From Marsupella aquatica (taxonomy: Eukaryota; Plantae; Marchantiophyta): a DNA stretch of 64,000 nt. Under the pieces are notes generated by a model. The model was given only the letters and a program-made list of their open reading frames with translations. It did not search any database and was not told where the DNA came from. Numbering within the stretch: the first letter of the stretch is position 1; every line of letters starts with the position of its first letter. The position numbers and the translations under genes were made by a program. The DNA is taken from assembly GCA_973895155.1 (NCBI GenBank), contig OZ316898.1, forward strand, positions 2,021,927 through 2,085,926, given 5' to 3'. Below, one piece after another: positions 1 through 11,080 of this stretch.

Positions 1-1503
1 AGATGTGGAAGGACCATGGGATGTGGAAGGTCCATAGGATGTAGATGCCCCATCACCAGAATTAGGTCTCACCTGGGAACTAGCCATGGCAGCTAGTTGT
101 TGCTCCAATTGAGCAATCTTAGCATCCTTTGGATCTATGGTTACAGCAGGGGCAGTGTCACCTCCCTGTCTCCCTGCATGTGGCATGCCATGACCACGTC
201 CACCACCTCTACCTCCTCCTCCTCTTCCCTGATCATGTGTACGGGATCCTCCTCTCCGTAACTCAGGGTGGAGTGAGAAACACCTATCCTTGGTGTGTCC
301 AGGAGCTCCACAGTGATCACACTGTCGCTGATCAGGCGCTGATGCTCCCCCTGATCCTCTATGATCTGGACAATATCTCTGTGCATGATCCCCACCACAG
401 GTCCAACATCCTGACTGCTGTCCAGCATAAGAGGGCACAGGTCTCTGGCTGGTAGACTCTCGTGCAGTAGGCTTCTCCCTCTGGCTCTTCCGTGCAGTAG
501 GCTATGGTGTGGATGTAGATGCAGCCTTTGGTGCTTCCTTGGAAAATCCGAAAGTCACCACCTTCTCATTCACCATATTGAGCTCAATGCGCTCAGAAAG
601 GGTGAAAACAACTGCTAATATGGGATCTGCATCCCTAAGCAGAGTGACATCTCTCACTCTGCGTCGCAATTCTCTGTCCAGAATTGCATACCAAAACTGG
701 ACTGCCTGAGCCTCTGTCACTTCCTTGGTGACAGTGATCAATCTGCGCATACGTGTGTATGCCTCACGTAGGCTCTCTCCAGTCTTGCGTTGGAACTCCT
801 GAAGACCCTTCAACTTATCAGTTCTCACACCCTGATAGTTCTGCTTCAGTACCTCAAAGAATTCCACCACAGGATTAAATGCTGGCGCAACTCCAGTTCC
901 TGTCACAATCACACCGGCAGGAGTAGTGGTGGATGTTGCTGGAGTGCTGCTGGTGGATGGTGTGCCACTCTGGCTAGTGCTGCTAGAAGAAGCAGCAGCT
1001 GTGGCAATTGGTTGGGCAGCCGCACTAGTGCCATAGGTGATGGACACGTAATTAGGCGACCAATGCTGCCTCCATGCCTCAATCTCAACCAAATGAGCCT
1101 TTCGAAACTCATGGTAGTCATCCATGGGTGGCCCCTCCAAATGCTGGAATAATCCCTTCCATGCCATGAAAGGGGTAAACAACGTGACATTACGCAATGT
1201 CTGCATATCGCACCACGTATCAAACTCCTGGATGAAGTCATCCAGATCAATTGTGCCAACTGCACCAGAGTATCGTCGTGGGCCCTTTGTAGCCCCGTAC
1301 ATCTCGTCCATATCCCACAACAAAGGTGCAACCACCTGATGATGAGGAGAACTGATCACTGAGTCCTCATCAGAATCACTATCTGAAGCTGCACTGCTGA
1401 CTGCTACCAATGCCGCTGGCCAAAACTGTGCCCCACTCTGAGTGAAACCGGTCCGTCGTCCATCGGGTAATCCAGCAGCACCAGAAGAATCCGTGGTGAC
1501 CAA
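1..1503 (-). pseudogene. gag: Retrotransposon gag (Retrotrans_gag-like capsid + two zinc knuckles) interrupted by an in-frame TAG at 502-504
   Basis: ORF 502..1503 has QRKTGESLREAYTRMRRL (gypsy capsid motif). The same frame past the TAG gives CWTCGGDHAQRYC, CDHCGAPGHTKDRC and an RGG-rich stretch, and stays open to base 1. Confidence 0.85.
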
Positions 1504-2049
1504 CCCTAATCTAATCTATGTGCTAACCCTAAGGGCAATCTATCCCTGTCAGCACCACAAGCACTCACCATGGTGTGTTGGGCATCACTCTAACATCACC
1601 AAGAGAGAAATACACAGCATACTAGAATGTCCAGTTGCAAACCCGGATCACTCCTATGGAATCAAGCGCCCACACGAAACTAACATGGCGCATAAACAGG
1701 AAACATGTGTGAAGAGGATCCAGAAACAAGAATGGATACCATTCAACTCTCCACACAAAAGCAAATGCAAATCAATATGACAATGTGCATAAGGTTCAAG
1801 GAAGAGCCTTCATAATAGGCTTCACAATGGCACTCCAATGTTGTAGATGAGAACCAAGGCAAAATTGGTTCAATCTGTGAGTCTAGATGGACTCAGAAGT
1901 ATCAAAAACCCTCAAACAGCCTCTGATTTGGCCTAGAATAGGCCTCTAAACAAACCGGGAAGTATATAAAGCCCCCTGGCGCTTGAATCTAAACAACAAG
2001 TTGTCAAAGCTTGTGTTACACAAGGTGGGATGAGAACTTGCCAGTTAAG

Positions 2050-2280
2050 CGCTCGCGGTTGGGAATAGCCCCGGGATGGGTGACCTCCTCGCGCTCGACC
2101 TTGTGCCTCCCCTCGCGCTCACGGCCCGGAATAGCCCCGGGATGGGTGACCTCGACCTCGCGCCTGCCTGCGCTCACGATGGGTGACTTCGCGCTCGCGG
2201 TTGGGAGCACTTTCGGGATGGGTGACCTCACGCGTCGCCTCGCGCGAGCACTTTCAGGATGGGTGACCTCGTGCGCCTCA
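2050..2280. repeat. Degenerate tandem repeats with core GATGGGTGAC(C/T)TC x5
   Basis: Core near 2073, 2139, 2178, 2215, 2257. Confidence 0.85.
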
Positions 2281-2509
2281 CACCTAACCCCAAAAACGAC
2301 TACTTCCTTCACGAAAAGCTCCCGAAAACTGTCGATTTCCTTCATGAAAAACGCAGCCCTTCCACAGAATTGGCAGCAGCTTGATTCAACACCCTTGACC
2401 CTCGTTTCTTTCACTGAAACGATGATACCGTCGCACGGGGCATTGGCAGCTCCTTTCCTTCAGGAAAAGAGCCGTCGCTTCACCTGCGCCTTGCCAACAT
2501 CGTCCAACA

Positions 2510-2598
2510 ATAGCCGGCAATCAGATCTGAAGCCCCACAGTAGCCGACAATCAGATCTGAAGCCTCACAGTAGCCGGCAATCGGATCTGAAGCCTCAC
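2510..2598. repeat. 30-bp tandem repeat x3 (TAGCCGGCAATCAGATCTGAAGCCTCACAG)
   Basis: Directly visible; appears as SRQSDLKPH x3 in the ORF track. Confidence 0.95.
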
Positions 2599-3105
2599 GG
2601 ATCGACTTCCACTGTCCAACATCTACTCAACATTCGCTTTCCTCCACGAATCATCAATCGACCTCCAACTCAAAACCTGTCACCAATCACAGATCTGTAC
2701 ATCGATCAGGAAGCAGGCTGATCGGACAACAACGATACAGGTCAAGATACCAACAATCTGTTCGATAACAACACACGATCCGAGCTACCACGAACCGTCG
2801 ACAACTCAATCAATCGAACTTCTGTCCGCACAGTCCGTACAACAGATTTCGAATGTGATCTTTCAATGTAATCTCCATACAATCGGCACAACGATCTCGG
2901 TCAACAATACCCCATCGATCCCGCACCGATCCGATCACACACGTATGTCAAGCCAACGCACCTTGCACTACTCAAGGAATCCACGTTACACAAGCAGAGC
3001 TCATAGCCACCATAGCCACACTCAAGCTCCTCTCTCTCCAAGGCTCAACATTGAAAGATGACCTTTCAATGCCTCACAAGTGAGAAGTACCCTCTCACAC
3101 AAACC

Positions 3106-3392
3106 TGACAGAACCTTATCGGCTCCAATAGCACTCATACCAAACATACATACTCTAATAGCACGATATACTACTACACTACTCAGAATGGTGTGACACA
3201 CAAGCCTTTCCCTCGAACACAAGGCCCTGTCTTCAAAGGCAAAGTCTAAGCTTTCTATTACATACAGGGCTTTCTGGGTATTCAAGACCAAAGGAATATA
3301 TATATATTGGTTGGGACACCCTGTTTTAATTTATTTTCAAAAACAAGTCCAGTCCTAGTTAGGGGGCAAGACAGTAGTATATACACTTATCA
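3106..3392 (-). repeat. Putative LTR (TGATA...TGTCA, about 287 bp)
   Basis: Starts TG right after a PPT; contains TATATATA near 3297-3307; candidate end TGTCA matches the start 4/5 as an inverted terminus. The 3' end is uncertain and no second LTR is in the window. Confidence 0.5.
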
Positions 3393-3403
3393 CCTACCCC
3401 CCT
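3393..3403 (-). promoter_or_regulatory. Polypurine tract AGGGGGGTAGG
   Basis: Minus strand reads GAGCAAGTTTCTTTT-AGGGGGGTAGG-TGATAAG, a gypsy-style PPT/LTR junction. Confidence 0.7.
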
Positions 3404-4006
3404 AAAAGAAACTTGCTCCTTTACTTAGGTGAAGCATGTTGTCACACCATTATGAGTACTATTAGTCAGAGTATATTCTATTGTCCAGGTATGGAGGTTT
3501 TTTATGTGTGCTATATGAGCTGATAGGGTTCAGTTTATGTTTGTGAAGGATAATTATCCCTTTGTGGTGGCTTGAAGGCCTTGTCCTTTCATGTTGAGCC
3601 TTCAAGCATGAGCTCCGATGGCTATGTTGTGGCGGACCAGGTTGTGTGCATATGAATGTCAATGGATCCTTGAGTGCAAGGTGCGTTGGGCTTGACATAG
3701 TTAAGTGTGTGATCGGATCGGGCGTGATCGATTGTGTGCTGTTGGCATTGGTTGTTGTTTGACTCATTGAAGATTCTTGTTTGTTTTGGGCATATGTGGC
3801 AATGAGTTCTACTTGTACTCCATATATGCAAACCTCTTATGTTGTGATGTTGGCGGGGATGTTGGATTGCACCTATGTGTGAATGTCAGTGTTGAGGTCA
3901 GTGTGAGACAAACAATGTATGTTGTGTAGTGATGTGTGTGCACACCACAATATGTTCTTCTCCTTTGGATGAAAAGTGTCTACACAAACACTCTTGAAAT
4001 GAAAAG

Positions 4007-4091
4007 CATTAAGGTTGAGTCTTTTTGTCCACATGTCCCAACTCTGGCCTAGTCAGTACAGTAATGTAGACAAAAAGACTCAACCTTAATG
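4007..4091. repeat. Inverted repeat/hairpin, 28-bp arms (1 mismatch), 29-nt loop
   Basis: CATTAAGGTTGAGTCTTTTTGTCCACAT (4007-4034) vs ATGTAGACAAAAAGACTCAACCTTAATG (4064-4091). Confidence 0.95.
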
Positions 4092-4724
4092 ATCATACAG
4101 TACAGTCAGAAATGTATATCACACAGTTGCCAAAGAACAAAATTATTCACCAAACCTGGAGAAAAGATACCAATGAAAGGCAGGAGACCCAATAAAGGAG
4201 AGCTAGACAGGAATGAGCCAAAATTCTTCACAGGCTAGGGCTGTGCCCGGACTAATATAAAACCAGCTGATATAATATGAGTAGCAGCTGCAAAACCTTG
4301 GCTGAGAAAAAGTTCAATTCTTGTGATGGGGCCTGAAAATGGCCCCAAAAAGTATTGTGCAATCTTGTTCACAAAAGAGGCATGTCCCAAAGAGTAGTTT
4401 CAGCCTATATTGTGACCACAAACCTTTGTCTGGGCCCTAGTATCTGTAGTGACTCTAACACCTATGAATCGTCCATACCCCACCCAAAACTTTCGGAATG
4501 ACCACTGTCAATGTACTTAGGCACTGCTTACATAGTATATATGGACTCGAGCACGTATTCTGAAAGTGCCAATTATACCACTAGACAAGCTTTGACTTCA
4601 ACACGTATTCTGAAAGTGCCAATTGGACCAATAGTGAGGCTCTTACGTGAACTTTCTGCTATAAGTAAGAAAACAAAAGAAAGTTCACGTAAGAGCATCG
4701 TGGATACCAAAAATACGTGGATTC

Positions 4725-4727
<3 letters not shown>

Positions 4728-4758
<31 letters not shown>
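4728..4758. repeat. (TA)n microsatellite
   Basis: Direct. Confidence 0.95.
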
Positions 4759-4760
<2 letters not shown>

Positions 4761-5204
4761 AGAGAAGGAAAGTGTCCATGTCTTCTCCCTTAACTTGTCC
4801 CAATCTATTCACTTCTTTATTCTAAGATCCCAGTTTGCTCCACAATTTTGGGAAGAATTTACTCTTAATTTATTTATTTAATTAAATCATACCTGCCCAC
4901 ATATATATAAGGGGAAGTGTCCAAGATTTCAATCTACTTTTCTTCTACGTTCCCCTCACTTGTTCCCTATAGGAGGCGAGTTTGCTCCGTGATTTGGGGA
5001 AAAAAGTCAGCTCCATGATTTGGAGAAAATTTTACCCTTAATAATGCAATTTGGATGCTGTGGGTAGCCTGTACCATTTGAAAGGGCAGCTCAGGTTTAT
5101 AGATTGTTAAGGAGCCAAAGGCAGGGCAAAGTAGAATGCAGGACCACCCAACACCTCTAGTCCTCGAGTAAATAACTAGAGACCGTCCTGGGTGGATGCT
5201 CTAA

Positions 5205-5253
5205 GAGCATCTCCCCTAAGTAAATAACTAGAGACCATCCGGGGTCGATGCTC
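5205..5253. mobile_element. 49-bp minimal Harbinger-like relic (GAGCATC...GATGCTC)
   Basis: Bounded by TAA and TTA; its right part duplicates 5167-5201, which also ends in GATGCTC. Confidence 0.55.
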
Positions 5254-5256
5254 TTA

Positions 5257-5858
5257 GAGCATCTCCAACCCAAACGGGTTCTGCTTACTAGGTACATTAA
5301 ATACCCAGTCTGGCAACATCCTATATTTAGTTGGTTATATGTATCTTTAGGGGCCAATTGAAAAGTAGCCCCAACCCTGATGGGATCATTTTCTAACCAG
5401 CATGTATTAACATTTGGCTCCCTGAGATTGAGATCTTGAAAACCCAGCAGTGAACCCAGTATGGAGTCAATTACTGTATAATCTGTCCCATTTATAGATC
5501 CATTGACACCCGGAGATTGAGATCTTGAAAACCCAACAGCGAACCAGTACGGAGTCAGTTACTGTATAATCTCTCCCATTTCCCATTTATAGATCCATTG
5601 ACACCCGGAGATTGAGATCTTGAAAACCCAACAGCGAACCAGTACGGAGTCAATTACTGTATATTCTCTCCCATTTACAGATCCAATAACCAGAAAACCC
5701 TGTTCCCTTAATTTCTTTAGATTTTCTTTACTCCAGTTGGTCAACACCCACAGTAACAAAACCCAAAAAACTCTGTTTCCTTAATTTTTTTTAGATTTTT
5801 CTTCACTCCATTTGGTCAACACCCACAGTAACAAAGCCCAATTGGGTTGGAGATGCTC
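5257..5858. mobile_element. Tourist-like (PIF/Harbinger) MITE, 602 bp
   Basis: Perfect 17-bp TIR GAGCATCTCCAACCCAA / TTGGGTTGGAGATGCTC, TTA on both sides; internal tandem duplications (about 90-95 bp x3 and about 70 bp x2). Confidence 0.92.
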
Positions 5859-7195
5859 TTAATGAATAGGTGAAGCTAGTCACAGTTTGCATGCAACGGA
5901 TCCAAATCACAGCACATTCACCTGAGATGCATGCAAAGGATCCAAATCACAACACATTCACCTGAGATGGACAAGGCAGCACAGTCCTAGCTCGAGCCTT
6001 AGGTGAAGCACGTGCATGTGCTTGCTTTTCCATTCTGCACTACTATGGGTGAGAAGTACTCAAAGCATAAACAAAAAAGAAAGAGTATACAACCAAATTC
6101 ATCAAAGAATGCGCAAATTAGCCCAACCACAAATTGCTGTAGCTTGCCCATTTAGATTTCATGAGGGACATTTTAGTGACTGCTCCTACTCACGATGCCT
6201 AGAGCTGATTGCTAAATGAAGACGCATGGAAGCTGCTCGTGACTCCAACCTCACCAAACTCGCCTACCCACTTCCCTCTCGGCAATAAACCACTGTTTAA
6301 CTACAGCTCGAAGATCAGCAAACTTGACTTTTGAGCGTCTGCACAAATGATAGCGTCTGCAGATCGCAGATGCCCATCAATCTGAGAACCTTAGATCTTT
6401 AGAAGTCAGAGATCCGTCAATGTCTGACACTAGAAATTCACAATCTTCACGTCGGTAAGAGGCACTCAAATCATGCTCAGCTCGGCCGCGGACAACCATG
6501 TGTAACAAAATTGTAGTCTCTCGAGGCTGAACCAGCTCGTGAAGCAGCAGCTAGCTGCAGTGGGATTTTGGGAAGACGCGAAATATCCATTGCTTGCGTT
6601 CTACAGGGATCAGAAGGTTTCAGCTTCTCAGACATATTTGACCAACGATTTAGTATAGTTTAATCGGACGTAGACAATCACCTTCACCAGATCGGTGCAC
6701 TCGACAAGGGCTCCTCCTCAATTTCACGTAGGAATCCGGTAGTCCTCGTTCCATAATCCCTAATGTGGGGATGTTTTCTACCTACAGGATCCCAGTGGGG
6801 CCGGACATTCCTCACAAAACTTTGAAATCTACAGCTGACAGGACGGTTGGCATGTCGACAGGTCAGTGAAGTCAACTGATACGGCAGAACGTTTGATGTG
6901 AATACGATCGACAGCGATTTCATCTGGTGACGTCTGTGCGGAGGCTGCAGAATATAGATCCTGGGACCTGATCACTCTATCTCTGTAGCAAGAAGTGTCC
7001 GCTGCGCACAATTGAAGGTCTGATTGTCTCTTTGCAACAATTTGAGACCATTGTCCTTCTCAAAGGGTCTAGTCAGATCCGATCGACTAGCCGTCGGAGT
7101 TCAAAATTCACTCCGGATTAGTGTGAATTGAATTGTCCGAGTCTTTCATCGATCCAATTTCAGTGGCCCGGGAAGAGCCAATGCAGTGCTAGAAA

Positions 7196-10100
7196 ATGAC
7201 GTCGAAGCAATGGAATCATGCTATCGTTGGCGTTGCTGTTTGTCTTATTTCGGTTTTCAGTATGGCCCCCAGCTGCATGGCTAAGACGAACTATTACAAC
7301 TGGAATGTAAGGAATTCTATCTCCGATGATTCGAGAAGATTGTAGAAACGCCAATTAAGTAGAATGTGGTAGAAATTGAGATGACTACAACCAAACCGTT
7401 CACATAGTATAATAACTAAGTAGCTTCAGTGTAATCGGTTGTGCTGGTCTGATTTGAGTATTTGGGCTAGCTGGAGAGATTGAATGTAGTCTTCCATCCA
7501 TCAATTTTCTAACATTCGAAGGACCTGAGTCTAAGCTAGCTGGAGAAATTGGAAATAGTCTTCCTTGCATCAAGTTTCTAACAATTAAAGTACTGGATAC
7601 TAACTGTGTTGCTGGAGAGTGTGGGACATATTTTCTGTGCATCCAGATTTTGATATACAACCCTCTCTAGCTTGTGCTCAGTCCAGGATCGATATATATA
7701 TCTGCTCTCGTGACAACCGGAACTGTTCATGTTGAGCCATGAATTCATGGAAGTAACTGCCAATTCATTGCTTTTGTTTTACAGATTACCCTCGTAAATT
7801 GCACTCGAAATTGTGTGAACAAATCAATCTTGACAGTCAATGGCCAGTTTCCTGGCCCAGAAATTCAGGTCACTGAAGGAGACCGCGTAGTTGTGAACGT
7901 CACCAACAGTGCACATTCAAACGTGACAATTCACTGGCAAGTAAACTCTCACAAGATCTCTATTGAATCGTCCATCATGAAGAGGCTTGTACTTGATTCG
8001 AATGCACCGGATGGCTCTTAGTACGTACAGATGCTGGCTGGATTTCTGGATTTCGGAATTGCTGATTATCTGTCATCACGCCTTTCCAAAACTCAAAAAA
8101 TTACTAATTTCTGAAAGATGGTGCTAAAGTAGCTGATGGATAGCTCGAGAATTTTCAAGCGTTCGGTGAAAAGAAATTGCACACAGATCGCGAAGCTTAT
8201 CAGAGCTGCAGACGATTCACATGTGTTGAATGATGCCCTAAATGATATGTGCCTCTGGGGATTGGCGCGCAGGCATGGAATCCGGCAGGTTAGGTCCTGC
8301 TGGCAGGATGGGGTTGCGTATATCACCGAATGCCCAATCCAACCCGGCAACTACACAGTCTACGATTTCGTTGTGTATGGCCAGCGTGGGACAACGATGT
8401 GGCATGCACATATCACTTGGGTTCGAGCAACTATTTATGGAGCATTCATCACCAAACCAGCCAATTATAGTTATCCATTTCCAAAACCGGTTCAGGAGGA
8501 AACAGTGATTCTGGGTACACTTCTCTCAGCCATTGTTTTCCCTCCTCTGTTCAATTTGTACTGAAGGAAAATGTGTTTAATTGATCAAAAGCTGAGTGGC
8601 ACGTAGACCCAACAGCTCAACAGCTTTCTGTATCTAAGTTGTGCAGAAACTAAAGCCTATGGCTGTAAATCGATAACTCGATTTGTATACTCCAGAGCGT
8701 TGACCGTGGTCAATGTGTACAGGTGAATGGTGGAATCGAGATGTTGAAGTCGTCGAAAAAGAAGCACTGGCTGCAGGAGGAGCTTTTCCGCTAGCAGACG
8801 CGATGACCATTAATGGATTTCCAGGGACACGGTATAACTGCAGTGAAACCGAAGGTAAATCATAATCGACTCCACTCCTGAGCTGTGTAAACAGGGATTC
8901 GTAATCCTATCGTGCAAACTTGTGTTATTATACAACCTTATTGCATAGTTGCAAGAATGCCGACCAGTCACAGTTTCTTTCACCAATTTTGCGGCCGGAT
9001 TGGAGGAATCCATCACTTCTACCGATTCCATGTTCGTTAGTGCCAACGAGTTTCTGGGACAATTTCTTCTGCAAGCTAGTTCACAATATAAATTTTAAGT
9101 ATAACCTAAACGGAAGGGTCTTTAGTTGGCAAGAGTGTTAGAACCTCGCAGGAATCTGATCACTGGCCGGTCTATTGGAGTTTGCTGCTCTTGCTGTGGT
9201 TACTAAATTACTTGTTTAGTTTGCCCTCGGGGCTCAGCTTCCTTTCCCTGGTACCGACCTCCCCAGTTGTAGCAAGTCGACCTTCAGTCCTTTTACATGG
9301 TGTCGTTTTGGACCCTCCGTGTTGTATACGGGATTTATGAATCGAATTCATTTGGTCTTTCTAGGCAAAAAGAAGAGTGTTAGAACCGGTCTGACTTGCA
9401 GAATTGTGAACACCGGCCTCTTTTTTCCTTTCTTTCCTTCTAGTTGTGACACAGAACTTCTGAAACAAAAGAAAAGAACAAAGATGTACGTTTTGTAGAT
9501 CGTGTAGGACTTGCTTTCTAGCTATGTAACGTTACTCTCATAACTTGCAAATTTACCTCGTTCGTTGTTTTTAGGACTGCCACGCAAGACCGAATACCAC
9601 AGCACTGACTTAGCTATGGGAACCAATCGCCTACTTCTTGCAGGGTCTGGGTCTCGAAGCTGGTTAAACTAATTGTGTCTCAGTTTGGACTTTCATATGC
9701 AGGTCTTGCTGTGATTTATGTCCAGTCTGGGAAAACCTACCTCCTCCGAGTTATTAACGCCGCCCTCAACAGTGACATGTTCTTCGCAATTGCCAACCAT
9801 AGCCTGAAAGTGGTGGAGGTTGACTCATCCTATGTAAAGCCTTTCATTGTGGACAAGGGCATCGTTATATCGCCAGGGCAGACCGTGAATGTTCTCGTGA
9901 CAGCAAACCAATCTCCAGGAACGTATTACATGGCCGGCCAATCTCACTCCACAATATTAGTCACCGATCCGTCGGGAGTCCCAGCTCAAGCACTTCCCTT
10001 CGTCCTCGCTGACGTCCCTCCCATTCCCACAACCGGTCTCTTCCAGTACATGAAATCTCCAGTTCTGCTGAACAATCAGACACTCTATCCAGCCCTGCCA

Positions 10101-11080
10101 ACACGGAACGATAGTGTCTACAGCACGAATTTTTTTACCAGCCTGAAAACTCTGAATCCGGAGAATGTTCCAACCAGCAACAACGTGAGGCACCTTTTAT
10201 ACACCGTGGGCACTGGCACGGAACTGTGTACTACTGCGAATCCTTGCGGTCCACAGCAGGGTGCCTATAGAGTGACCGCAGCGATCAACAATATCTCGTT
10301 CGTGACTCCCACGACTGCTATTCTGCAAGCTCACTACTACAACACATCAGGCGTGTACTTGCCCACTTTTCCAGACTCTCCCCCCAAAATCTTCGATTTC
10401 ACCGCTGCTCCGAGCCCTCCCCCGGCTGATCAGATAGCCGAGAAAGCAACACGAGTCGCCGTGGTCGAATACGGGACCGTGGTCCAGCTCGTGCTGCAGG
10501 ATGACAATAACTTCGCGTTTGAGAGCCACCCTTTCCATCTGCACGGGTATTTCTTCAGTGTTTTGGGCCAAGGGCTTGGTAATTACAACGCTACTTCCGA
10601 CCCTGCCAAGTTCAACAACTACGATCCCCCTTCACGATTCACCGTCAATGTGCCCACCCGAGGATGGGTGGCGATTAGTTTCAAGGCGGATAATCCTGGT
10701 ACGTAGTTACTCTGCAGGCACACCTCGCTTTCCATGTTCAAGATTGGGCCTAGCTTGTCTCATCCCGAGCTGTACATCATCAAGCAGATCGTTTGTCAAT
10801 TCAATTTCATGTGCATAAAGTAAGAAAAATGTACAGGTACTAGAAATTCTCCGACTCATTGGTCATCATTCTGAAGTGTTGATGCAAGTATCAAGGTCTC
10901 GGAGGTTGTTGGGCCGAACTGATGTGTCATGTGAATGGAAATGGAAATGCAGGGGTATGGTTTTTGCACTGCCATCTCGAAAAGCATCTGTCATTTGGCA
11001 TGGCGGCGGTTTTCATAGTGAACGACGGGGAAAAACCTGACCAAAAGCTTCCCGCTCCGAAAAGATTGAACCAGTGCTAG
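7196..11080 (+). CDS. LAC: Laccase (plant multicopper oxidase), secreted. Exons 7196-7306, 7785-7936, 8273-8514, 8723-8854, 9703-10698, 10953-11080
   Basis: Signal peptide MTSKQWNHAIVGVAVCLISVFS; VNGQFPGP; all four Cu motifs (HWHG, WHAH, HPFHLHG, HCHLEKHLSFGM); exon phases join; ends NQC*. Confidence 0.96.
9146..9372 (+). mobile_element. 227-bp retroposed insertion (SINE or LINE 3' end) in laccase intron 4
   Basis: Perfect 15-bp direct repeats AAGAGTGTTAGAACC at 9131-9145 and 9373-9387; short A-rich 3' end. Confidence 0.7.

Larger units (their letters stand above)
1..4034 (-). mobile_element. Ty3/gypsy-type LTR retrotransposon segment (3' region + PPT, LTR, long 5' UTR, gag); continues off the left edge
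   Basis: gag ORF on the minus strand; purine tract abutting TGATA at 3392; repeat-rich UTR 1500-3100; right boundary approximate. Confidence 0.8.

Noticed and set aside
1561-1572. CA-TGGTGAGTGC on the minus strand as an alternative LTR end/PBS
   Set aside because: Could not match it to a known plant tRNA 3' end; no supporting inverted terminus
2011-2721. 236-aa plus-strand ORF and overlapping 132-aa minus ORF
   Set aside because: Non-ATG start; made of tandem repeats in the retroelement UTR; no domain
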